From: Amoebidium appalachense
Taxonomy: Eukaryota > Protista > Ichthyosporea
NCBI GenBank assembly: GCA_963693365.1
Contig: CAVNZM010000003.1
Location: 282,851-346,850 of the forward strand
Length of the DNA: 64,000 bases
Direction of reading: 5' to 3'
The translations under genes and the position numbers were made by a program. Below the pieces are notes generated by a model. The model searched no databases and was not told the DNA's origin. It saw nothing but the letters and a program-made list of their open reading frames with translations. This document shows, piece after piece, positions 36,818 through 51,335 of this stretch (position 1 is the stretch's first letter; every line of letters starts with the position of its first letter).

Positions 36818-37361
36818 CCAGCTGATACCGAGTGTCCCAGGGGAGCCCGAAAAAAAAAAAAAAAAAAAAAAAAAACGGGGAACCCCAACTAATTGATATT
36901 TCTTAGTCTTTATGGTGTCTCGTAGAGAAAGTAAACCCTGATATATAAATCATCACCCGACAGCTATGTACGTGATCATGATATACCGCTGAGGGGATAT
37001 TCCGAGCAAAAACCCCCCATACCTGAGACTGGTCACTCTTTGCCTCGAGTAAACAGCGTAAACCCCCATGTGTGTATGCACGCACCGTGTGTTGTGCATG
37101 TGCGCAGAATATTACATAGGTTTCGTAATTATCAGGTTCCATTTGTGGCTAGGGAAGCCGGGCCGTTGCAAAGATTTGGCTCGATACTGCAGTTCCTAGC
37201 TTGTACGTAGTAGCTGCCTGCGTGTGGTGAAACTGAAACATCTTCGGTCCTGCAGCTGCGGCTTTCAGGTCCCTTGACTGAGTCAGTCCCCCCCCCCCCC
37301 CCCCCCCCCCCCCACACACACACGCACACACGCACGCACACACACACACACACGCGCGCGT

Positions 37362-37408
<47 letters not shown>

Positions 37409-37434
37409 CGCACGCACACACACACACACGCGTG

Positions 37435-37467
<33 letters not shown>

Positions 37468-37494
37468 AACACACACGCACACGCACACACACAC

Positions 37495-37550
<56 letters not shown>

Positions 37551-37607
37551 ACCTACTGGCCCTTGAAGGTTGCCTCGGTCCCCCTTTTTAATGCTTACTA
37601 ATCAGCC

Positions 37608-37686
37608 CAATAACCATGAGATATCAGTGACAGGTTCAGTATATGACAATAACCATGAGATATCAGTGACAGGTTCAGTATATGAC
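37608..37686. repeat. Tandem duplication, 2 x 39 bp
   Basis: caataaccatgagatatcagtgacaggttcagtatatga occurs twice in succession. Confidence 0.9.
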
Positions 37687-38439
37687 CGTCAACAAAAGGG
37701 TACCCATTTGCACGTATAAGTATGTGCAGAGGCGGTATTTTAACTAGCACCCCCGTAGCCTACACCCTCAACACCAATTGCTTCATGCCCCCACCCCCTC
37801 CTCCCTGAGGCTATGGATCGATATGCCGTCCTTCCTCCCTCCTTTCCACACACCCTTACCGAGCTCTCCCCCCCCCCCCCCCCCCCCCTCCTTCTCCCTC
37901 TCCTCGGCCCAATAATTAGGTCTCTCTTCCTTAATGTCACCCCTCGGGGCCCCTGTTTATGCCCCCCCTCCCCCGGGATTATTCGTTGATAATAGTGACC
38001 CTTGCTGATATACTTACCACAGTACACCCTGCCACAAATCAGTACATGCACATGTACAAATATTTATCACCATCCCCACTACGATCATAAGAAAGAGAAG
38101 GGAAAAGACGAAGGATAATCGAGTGCCTTTGTAGTTCTTTGTCGTTTTTTCATTTTTTCTTTTGAGAGGGATGAAATCAGAAAAGTGGCCACCTTGCAAA
38201 CAAAAACGTCACATTGTCATATCTTTTGTCCACAGATAAAGGGCCTGTCAAACCCATTGGTGGGGGGAGGGGGGGGGGGGGGGGGGAGAGGGAGGGGGAG
38301 GAGGAGTGGGGGAGGAGGGGGGAAGGCAAAGCTAAAACTAGTTTGGCTTCATCCGCTGAGGTAATATGTGTTGTTATCGGATATCGAGAGAGGGGGGGGG
38401 GGGGGGGGGGGGGAAGGAGAGAGAGAGAGAGAGGGGGGG

Positions 38440-38476
<37 letters not shown>

Positions 38477-38479
38477 TGC

Positions 38480-38557
<78 letters not shown>

Positions 38558-38635
38558 AAGAGAGTGAGGGTGTGTGTGTGTGTGTGTGTGTGTGAGTGTG
38601 AAAAAACGAGAGATTGAGTGAGTGAGTGAGTGTGT

Positions 38636-38673
<38 letters not shown>

Positions 38674-38689
38674 ACGAGAGATTGAGTGG

Positions 38690-38784
<95 letters not shown>

Positions 38785-39462
38785 GGTATATGTGTGTGTG
38801 CATGGGTGTGTGCATTTGCGCAACTTTTTGTTTGCTACGTTTGCGGGTGTGCGTACGTGCGTGCATCTAAGATGCGTCCAGGTGCGATTGTGTTCGTGTG
38901 TATGTCACGGTGTGTATGTGTGTGTGTGTAATTGTGTGTGCGTGTGTGCACGTGTGTGCATTTGTGTGCACGGGTTTCGGATTAGGGTGTGTCTGTGTGT
39001 CTGCCCTTGATTGCGCACGTTTGCTCAGGTCTCTGTAGTTATGTGGGTGCACTGATTTGTAATATTGTACACGTACGATGAGTTCATGCCGGGGAGGGAG
39101 GGGGGGGGGGGGGGGGGGGGGGGATGGGGGGGGTGAGGGGGGAGAGAGGGGGGCGGGGGGGTTACAGGTGAGTAATTGTGCACGTATAATAGAGAAATTG
39201 AGGCGCTTTTCTCCCGTGTTTGATCTATTACGTAAGCGTGTGAAAACTGTTTGTATGTGTGTGTACTTGCCCAGCCTTTACTCCTACGCTCCATTATTAT
39301 GACCCTTTCAGGTATATCGCCCTGACAACCCCCTCCCCCTCCCCCCCCCCCCCCCCCCCAAACACACACACACACCTTCCCACGGAAATGTACTACATGA
39401 TGCGCACAAACGCACAACATGCTCACATCCCAGTGCGCACACACAGAGACACACACACACAG

Positions 39463-39502
<40 letters not shown>

Positions 39503-39760
39503 AACCCCTCCTCCTCCCCCCCCCCTTCCCTTCTTCCCCCTCTCCCCCCGCCTTCCCCCCTCCCCCCCCCCCCTTTAAATCCTGCACAGAGGTGGAGGGT
39601 GACGTTGAACTTGTTTCGTCATAGACACTGCATCCGTGCGATGCATGCTGTGTTTGGTGGGCCGCAGCAGGGCCCTGGGCTGCCTTGTATATTGGCCGCT
39701 GGGGATTGGCATTCTAAATGTGTGAAACCCCCCCTAAATGTGTGTGTGTGTGTTTGTGTA

Positions 39761-39819
<59 letters not shown>

Positions 39820-40002
39820 ACGCAAGCGCGCGTGCGCGTGCGCGTTTCGTGTGCATGTGTGAGGAGGTGGGTGGATCGGGTGGGTGTGTGGGTATGCGTG
39901 TGTGTGAGGTGCTTGTGGACTTTTAAATTAGTGGATTTACCGTGCACATGTTTACTCTTAGCGGGTGGATCGGCGCAATCCATTAGTAAACACACAGAAT
40001 AA

Positions 40003-40036
<34 letters not shown>

Positions 40037-40378
40037 CCTGCCCCCATCTCCTCCCCCTCCCACCCCCGGCTCATACACAAACACCGGCGTGCGAAAGGAC
40101 AACTCAGCGACATTTTCGCCCCAGGCAAAATCAAGGCTTCAAAAGACCTTATAAAATAGTGAATGCATGCAGCCGGCCAAAACTGATATTGCCTATATTT
40201 ATGGTTCCTGTTTTTTGTTTTTTTTAAGGTGTCTAACCCAGAGCTACTTACATCAAAAAACAGGGAGAGTAATTGAGAGTTGGCAATGACGTGATGGTGG
40301 GTGTTTTCGCGATCGTGTGTGTGTGTGGTGGTGGTGTACATGTGTGTGTGTGTGGGTGTGTGTGTGTGTGTGTGTCAC

Positions 40379-40492
<114 letters not shown>

Positions 40493-40835
40493 TGGTGGTG
40501 GTGGTTGGGGGAGGGGGCGAAGAATGTATGACTAGTTCTCTGCAGTTTCCGAGAGTGAGTCGAAGTCAAGTGAAAATTACTATAAGAGGAAAAAAAAATC
40601 AAGTAAAATCTATAAAATGAAAGAGGAAAAAAAGAGGCCCTAGAGGGGGGGGGAGGGATGAAGGGGGGGGGGGGGGGGGGGGGAGGAACTCAGTGACTTT
40701 CGGAAACTTAAATGGAGCAATAACACATAACTAGTTCTGAGCACCTGCTATAGCAGCTTAGTAAGACTTAAAATGTTATAACTCTACTACGTTTTATGCC
40801 ATACGGTAGTTAAAAACACCGTGATGTTGACTATT

Positions 40836-40932
40836 ACATTAGGTTGTGTGGGAAAAAATGGGTACTATCACATTAGGTTGTGTGGGGAAAAATGGGTACC
40901 ATCATATTAGGTTGTGTGGGAAAAAATGGGTA
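40836..40932. repeat. Minisatellite, about 3 x 33-35 bp
   Basis: cattaggttgtgtgggaaaaaatgggtac-like units. Confidence 0.85.
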
Positions 40933-41029
40933 TACGGGCACACAGCATGCACCAAACACTGCTTTAAAAAAAATAAAAATTATGGCTATATTAAACTCAA
41001 GCTTAGATATCCCATGATACCAAATACAT

Positions 41030-41490
41030 AGCTGACAGAATTTCCCATCGTCAGTCTCTCATCAAGGGAAAAAAACTAAAAGCTAGTGTCAACTGGTACG
41101 CCCAACCACACCTTTGCCCGTTCGCGTACCTAGCAACTGCTTTTATGACTATTGTACAACTAATAAACTTAGTCTAAAGATTACTACTATCCCATCAGGA
41201 CACTACTATAGACATGATGATAGCTGAGGGAATTTCCATGATCAGCCTCTCATCAAGGGAAGGGAGGGGGGGAAAAAATACTTATCCATCAACTCTCGCG
41301 TAACAACTGGTATGCCCAACCACTGTCACCTTCCCGCGTACATATCAACTGCTTTAGATTATGACTATTGTACAACTAATAAACTAAAGGGTTAGACTGT
41401 CTTATGGTAACTCAGACATCACTAAGGGAATTTTCCATGATCAGCCTCTGCTTAAGGGAAGGGGGAAAAAAATAACTCATCCATCAACAC
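41030..41490. repeat. Diverged tandem repeat, ~190-200-bp period, about 2.5 units
   Basis: gaatttccatgatcagcctct..aagggaa recurs at ~41038, ~41229 and ~41427; ttatgactattgtacaactaataaact occurs twice. Confidence 0.8.
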
Positions 41491-41635
41491 TTCGTAGGAT
41501 CAAGTTGAATGATGTTATCAGTCTCTCGGTAGTTTTAACCAAAGCTTTAAATTTTCGTAAAGGCACACACCGCAGGAAAGTTTTAACGGCCTGGTGACCA
41601 ACACACTCCACACAAAAACATAGCAACACACCTAT

Positions 41636-44940
<3,305 letters not shown>

Positions 44941-44945
44941 GGCGC

Positions 44946-45555
44946 TGTTGTATAAAATGATCGTGTGTCCGTGACAAAACAATATATTTGTAAATGAACG
45001 GGGTTGACTAGACCACGCTTTGCTAAGTTACGTGCTAGTCCTACTTACACCTAGTAAGCCGAGCACACTGAGTGAGCTCTGAAGCCCCCGACATGCCCTT
45101 ATATCGGAGCTCGCACAGCGGCTCAGACATGCGCATCGGTATGTCCTTTTGGCTACGAGAGCCAATCACATACGGTTCACGGTTCTGTCCCATGGCATCA
45201 CGGTTCCAATAAACTAAGTGAGCCAATCGGGTGACAGTACTTGACTAGCGATGCATTCCACAGTCATACCTCACGGCTACTTGCATATTTTCCCATGATA
45301 AAACTATGACATAAAATCTCATGGTTCCTCTACAACGTGTCGGTCCCATGTGACTATTATATCTGTTTTCCCATGAATAAAACTGCAAGCTGCACGTGCA
45401 CATATGTCTAAATCCATGCTCATGTGCACAAGACTGGGGGGGACATGCATACTGGCCTACCTAAGATCAAACACAGTGGTATATATACATGTACACGTGC
45501 GCGTATATCTCAACCTGTGTACATCCATACTAGATATCCGGTATCATATACCACA
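44946..45555 (-). repeat. Gypsy 3' LTR (610 bp)
   Basis: Matches 51336-51592 plus 53126-53477 with about 7 differences counted by eye. Confidence 0.93.
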
Positions 45556-46077
45556 CGCCCCACCGTAAAAAGAAGTATGTCGTCCGCGACATACGTCACC
45601 ATGCTCCACACATGAGTCAATGTATCCGTGGAACGATGCAAGGTCACCTCTGCGTTGGTGGAACTCTCGGATCTTGTCCGGGCAGGCTAAGTCTTTTTCA
45701 CACTCCCAAGAGGTGAATGATTCATCTTTGCCTGCCCACTTGATCTGGTACCACTTGTAAGGGGTGGATTGCTTACGCCGTTTCTGAATTTTTACGTCAA
45801 GCACCTTTTCCACCACCCACTCGTCCGGCAGAACCTTGTTGAAATTGTGACTATCGCCCGTGTCCGGGAGGTGAGAGAGATCTTGAGGCCGAATTCTGTT
45901 TTGCTCACTCAATTCAAGTTGAATATCGTCCACGTGCCACTTGTTGGACATTGTGTTCATAGAAGCTAGTTCTAGTGCACGTTGTTCCTTCTGTAAGTCA
46001 GAAATGATTGCATCTTGTGAGGCCAACCTCTGCTCCAGTAGTTGGACTAGTTGCTGCAACTGTAAGTTGTCAGACAT
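45544..46077 (-). CDS. Chimeric 177-aa ORF: Copia LTR-encoded coiled-coil N-terminus fused to a Gypsy chromodomain
   Basis: The first 45 codons (MSDNLQLQQL...MNTMSN) lie in the inverted Copia LTR; the C-terminal part has the chromodomain pattern EWVVEKVLD..K...WYQIKWAGKDESFTSWECEKDLACPDKIREF. Expression unknown. Confidence 0.6.
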   Translation of the reverse strand: MSDNLQLQQLVQLLEQRLASQDAIISDLQKEQRALELASMNTMSNKWHVDDIQLELSEQNRIRPQDLSHLPDTGDSHNFNKVLPDEWVVEKVLDVKIQKRRKQSTPYKWYQIKWAGKDESFTSWECEKDLACPDKIREFHQRRGDLASFHGYIDSCVEHGDVCRGRHTSFYGGACGI

Positions 46078-46696
46078 AGTGTCGTGTATGATGGGTAACT
46101 AGTCTATGTGTTTTGTGCACTGAAAACGACAGTAGAAAAGTGTAAATCAATCGTTCTGCTTCCCATGTTTGTGACATGGGAGGCACTGCTTTATATAGTC
46201 GTTGGCCACCTCATGGTGGCCTCGTGTGCACCCTGGTGGTGGGCCATGTACAGCATGGCCGAAAAGAGAGCACAATGAAAACAAGTCGTTAAAGATATAA
46301 AAGTTAACTGTGCACGTTGAGTGGCTAGTTAACTTGCACTAAAGCACACAAATAAACGTGTTTAACACACCAATTGCAGTTAAACGTAAATCTTACTTCA
46401 CACAACTAAAAATATTCTGAGAATATCCGGGAATAAAGCACACTACCACTCTAAGAATAGAATCCTGTGGCAAATATAGACATGACATCATCTGAACCGG
46501 GAATATTAATTAATGAGCACAATTAGGACGTTGCTAGTGAAGCTCGTCATTGGTACAGTTTTGGCTCAAACATATAACTACCATATATGAATATGACCGT
46601 AAACAAAAGCTCTATGCACTCGAGTGAGTGTTGAAAGAATTATTCAATTGCTCAGAAACTTTCTCTAACAGACATTGCTAGCCGGGAGTACCAGTG
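45942..46696 (-). repeat. Inverted copy of the Copia LTR (755 bp, missing the first 10 bp of U3)
   Basis: Reverse complement of 50089-50843; no mismatch seen by eye. Confidence 0.95.
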
Positions 46697-49600
46697 CTCC
46701 TCGACTCTGGAGCCACTGACCATGTGTGCACCCCCGGCCCGATGTGTTCGTCAACATGCGTGCGGCGCCTTACTCCACGGTCCAAGTAGCCGACAAGGGT
46801 GCATGTGCAGTGCTTGGGGTGGGCGACGTGTTCTTTTCCAGCACCATCGACGGCGTTACTGCGGTGCATCAGCTGACGGATGTACTCTACGTGCCCTCCA
46901 TCCCCGACACTCTCATCAGTGTGTTCACGGCATCTACCAACGGCGTTTTACCCCGCTTTGACACCCGCGGCGGCGTTAAGTTGTGCTACGGCGATCAAAT
47001 TCTGGCCACCGGCTCGGCTGTCGGCACCAAGCTGTACCACATGGCGGTGTCTCTTCTGCGCGCGGACACAACCCCGGACGCCCAAACCACCACTGCTCCG
47101 CGTATCCTCAAGGTTACTGCCGACCTCAACACGTGGCACTACCGTCTGGGCCATGCTGGCTTTGACGCTGTACGCTCGGTCATCAAGTCTGCAGGCCTGT
47201 TGGTGGGTGGCGGTGCCAAGTCTCCGGGTGTGTGTGAGCCCTGTGCCCTCGGCAAAGCCCACCGTGTTGCCTTCTCCGAATCAACCAGCCAAGCTCCCCG
47301 GGTCCTAGCCAAGGTTCACAGCGACATCAGCGGCCCCTTCCCTCCCGCGATCGGTGGTGCTCAGTACTTGGCGACGTTCCACGACGAATTCACCGGCCAC
47401 ACCACGGCCGTGCCCCTCGTCAAGAAGTCGGACACACTGGCTGCATATGTGACGTACCACAAGGCGGCGGTTACCCAACACGGTGTTCCCATGCAGGTGT
47501 TTCAGTCCGACGGGGGGGGCGAGTACATGGGCACGGCCTTCGGGGACTACAACCGTGAGCACGGCATTCGCCATCAGATCACTACCACCGGCTCTCCTCA
47601 ACAGAATGGGACTGCCGAACGACTGAACCGGACCCTCCTCGACATGGTTCGGGCACTCCTGCAGCAGTCCGGCCTTCCGGTGGGATTCTGGGCCGAGGCA
47701 GCTGTGACCGCGGCTTTTATACGCAACATGCTCCCGTCGCGAGCCACCGGCAGCCAATCGTCTCCCGCCCTGCTGTGGACCGGCATTCCTCCCGACTACA
47801 GCCGGCTCCGTGTCTGGGGCTCTCCCTGCTACGTCCATCAACAGGACACACCGAAACTGGCGCCTCGTGCCGTCAAGGGCATCTTCGTGGGCTACCCTCC
47901 TAACATCAAGGGCTACAAGGTCTGGATTCCAGCAGCACACAAGATGACCGTCAGCCGTGACGTGCAGTTCGACGAGGCTGCTATTCTGCACCCCCTCGGT
48001 GATGTCCTATCTGATTGGTCGACTGCACCGGCAATTCATCATTTTTTGGAGTCATCTGATTCGTCAAATCAGCCAGCCAATCACATCGTCCGGAATGATC
48101 AGCAATCTGATTCGTCTCGTCTGTCAGCCAATCATGATGAGACAGCGCCGAGTGATCAATTGGACATTCCGATCCTGCCCGAGCCTGCACATCGGCTCCC
48201 CCGGACGACCCGTAGTGGCGCTGTGTACAACGACCAACGTCGAGGCCCGACTGCCAACGTGGCTGCTGCTACGGCCCCCCTTGCCCCCCAGGCTACGGCT
48301 CCTGCATCAACACCCATCAAGGCTTCCACCATTGTTGTCCCCAAGACTGTCCGGGCTGCACTCAAGAGTCCCCAGCGTCTGAAATGGGAGGCGGCTGCAC
48401 ACCGTGAGCTCAAGGCCCTGGAAGACAACGGCACCTTCACCCTTGTGCCCCGTCCAGAGGATGGCTCCACTGTCATTCCGGTCGGCTGGGTCTTTACGGT
48501 CAAGCAGGACAACGTCGGCAACGTCACTGCCTTCAAGGCCCGGCTTGTGGCCCGGGGCAATTACCAGCAGCCTGGCCAGGACTATTTCGTCACCGAGTCA
48601 CCTGTGGCTGCGCTGGCTACTGCTACCATCCGGCTGGTTTTGGCTACCTCCGTGGCCCAAGGTCTGCCTCTGCGCCACATCGACGTCAACACAGCATTCC
48701 TCAACGGCACCGTCAACGAGACCATCTACATTGAGCAGCCCCCTGGCTTCGTCAACCCCTCGGCCCCCCATGCTGTCGGCTTGCTCCACAAGGCGCTCTA
48801 CGGCCTAAAACAGGCACCGCGCCAGTGGTATGAGGCCCTCCGTGACCATATCCTCGACCAAGGCTTCATTGTGAGTGCTGCTGACCCGTGCCTGTTCATC
48901 AAGAATGCCGGGACCCCAACGTTTATTGCCCTTGCTGCCTACGTGGATGACTTCACCGTGACGGCCGCCACTGATGCGCTCATCGACGATTTTTTCACCA
49001 AGCTGGATGCTCGTTTCTCTGCCAAGGACCTGGGTCGTCCTACCCTGCTCATCGGGCACACTCTTACCTGGCTGGAGGACGGGTCTCTGCGTCTGGGCCA
49101 TCGTCAACACATCATCGACTTGGCTGCCCGTTTTCGTCTCACCCACATGTCCGGCACCAAGACCCCCATCGTCCCGGGCCAGGCCAGTGAAAGCAACAAG
49201 ACCCCAGCCCACAGCAAGAAGGAGGACTATGCCAGCCTGGTCACCGGTGCCCTGCTGTGGATTGCGCGTACCACCCGCCCCGACATTTCCCAGGCTCTGG
49301 GAGTCCTTACTCGACACATTCATGCGCCCACCGTCACCCACTGGACTATGGCTACCAGAGTTGTAAGCTACCTGCTGGCCACCATCGACCTGGGTATTGT
49401 CTACCGTCCCGGCCCCCCCACCCTTGTTGGCTACTCCGACTCCGACTACGCCGAGGACCGCGACACCCGGCGCTCCACCACGGGCTATGTCTTCTTCATC
49501 AACTCCTCCCCTGTGTCCTGGGTGTCTCGGCTCCAGTCCATCACCACCCACAGCTCCACTGAGGCTGAATTTGTGGCCATGTCTGCTGCTACGAACGAGG

Positions 49601-49893
49601 CCCTCTGGCTCAACTATGTGATGGACGACCTGGGCCTTAATCCTATCGATGAGCCCACCCCGGTGCCCATCCATGGGGACAATGAGTCTGCCCGGGCCCT
49701 GCTGGACACCCTGGGGGTTAAGCCCAAGACCAAGCACATCGACGTCCGCTACTGCTCCGTCAAGGAACATCACCTGCTGGGCAACATCACTGTGGTCCCG
49801 GTGGCTTCTGCTGACAACAAGGCCGACATGTTCACCAAGGCCCTGTCTGCCTCTTTCTTCACCAAGGCCGTGGGGATGCTCAACATGTGCTGA
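46697..49893 (+). CDS. Ty1/Copia pol (protease, integrase, RT, RNase H), 5'-truncated, no gag
   Basis: Protease LLDSGATDH at 46697 (one frameshift in the C-run at ~46731-46735); integrase WHYRLGH..CEPCALGK, VHSDISGP, QSDGGGEY, QQNGTAERLNRTL; RT FKARLVARG, DVNTAFLNG, KALYGLKQAPRQW, YVDD; RNase H YSDSDYA, SSTEAE, DNESA, KHIDVRY, ADMFTKAL. The IN-before-RT order is diagnostic of Copia. Confidence 0.96.
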
Positions 49894-50078
49894 GCACCCG
49901 TCATCAACCAACTGCGCCCTCATACTTCAGGGGGGGGAGAGAGTTGCATCCGACTGTGCAACTACGTGTACCATACTAAAATTGAGTAGGGGAATCTTTA
50001 TTGTCTGTATTTTGTGCACCTGAAGCACTCGAGCTCAGTTGCATTAATTCATACCACAATTATCCAATTGAGTAGGGG

Positions 50079-50843
50079 TGTTGGAGTACACTGGTACTCC
50101 CGGCTAGCAATGTCTGTTAGAGAAAGTTTCTGAGCAATTGAATAATTCTTTCAACACTCACTCGAGTGCATAGAGCTTTTGTTTACGGTCATATTCATAT
50201 ATGGTAGTTATATGTTTGAGCCAAAACTGTACCAATGACGAGCTTCACTAGCAACGTCCTAATTGTGCTCATTAATTAATATTCCCGGTTCAGATGATGT
50301 CATGTCTATATTTGCCACAGGATTCTATTCTTAGAGTGGTAGTGTGCTTTATTCCCGGATATTCTCAGAATATTTTTAGTTGTGTGAAGTAAGATTTACG
50401 TTTAACTGCAATTGGTGTGTTAAACACGTTTATTTGTGTGCTTTAGTGCAAGTTAACTAGCCACTCAACGTGCACAGTTAACTTTTATATCTTTAACGAC
50501 TTGTTTTCATTGTGCTCTCTTTTCGGCCATGCTGTACATGGCCCACCACCAGGGTGCACACGAGGCCACCATGAGGTGGCCAACGACTATATAAAGCAGT
50601 GCCTCCCATGTCACAAACATGGGAAGCAGAACGATTGATTTACACTTTTCTACTGTCGTTTTCAGTGCACAAAACACATAGACTAGTTACCCATCATACA
50701 CGACACTATGTCTGACAACTTACAGTTGCAGCAACTAGTCCAACTACTGGAGCAGAGGTTGGCCTCACAAGATGCAATCATTTCTGACTTACAGAAGGAA
50801 CAACGTGCACTAGAACTAGCTTCTATGAACACAATGTCCAACA
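50079..50843 (+). repeat. Copia 3' LTR (765 bp)
   Basis: Termini TGTTGGA...TCCAACA, directly preceded by the PPT GAGTAGGGG (50070-50078); contains TATATAAA (~50588-50595) and an ATG at 50708 that reads out of the LTR. Confidence 0.92.
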
Positions 50844-51319
50844 CGTGTCCCACTCACATGCCCTTCGTGCCCACACATGTTATCGGTAGGCACCCGGCCC
50901 GGTGGCACGGCCGGAGGTGAATTGGGTAGGCAACCTTCTCCACCCCCCGTTGCCCACCTGATGCACTGCGCTAATGCACCAACGACGGCTTGTGTACGAC
51001 TGGGGTGGGGTTCGGCTTGCAAAACACTCAGTTCGTGTATGTACTCATGTCGGCTCGTAGGAACGAAATGACCGATGGTACCGAACACGTTCAAATCCGG
51101 GCCCACACCATTTTCGCACACAACAGCAATAGATTTATCCACACTAATTTCACAGATGGTGGGGGGGAACTTATCTCGAAATTCACGAGTAGGCTCGAAG
51201 ATACCGAGGGTGCCAGCAGCAGCAGCAGCAGCAGTCACATGCACCGTTGCACGTAATACACATCCAAAGCCAGATTTGACGGTGGTGTCGTGCTTGACGG
51301 TAACAGGACACATTGTGTA

Positions 51320-51335
51320 GGGGGTGTAGCTCAGC
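51320..51335 (-). promoter_or_regulatory. Putative primer-binding site of the Gypsy element
   Basis: GCTGAGCTACACCCCC directly follows the 5' LTR on the minus strand; it is the complement of GGGGGTGTAGCTCAGC, which resembles a tRNA-Ala 5' end. Confidence 0.5.

Larger units (their letters stand above)
32557..36875 (+). mobile_element. Non-LTR retrotransposon (LINE, APE-RT type), decayed; true 5' end not resolved
   Basis: ORF1 and overlapping ORF2 with endonuclease and RT motifs, followed by (CA)n at 36729-36815 and an A26 tail at 36850-36875. No TSD identified. Confidence 0.9.

Noticed and set aside
37130-40300. Scattered exon-like islands between microsatellites
   Set aside because: Could not be joined into a supported model on either strand.
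46880-50023. Overlapping and antisense ORFs over the Copia pol, e.g. 48805-49923 (372 aa)
   Set aside because: Shadow ORFs caused by GC-rich codon bias; no motifs.
45942-50843. DIRS-type element or DNA transposon with 755-bp TIRs
   Set aside because: No tyrosine recombinase or transposase and no TSD; the arms are Copia LTR sequence with a PPT and TG..CA ends.
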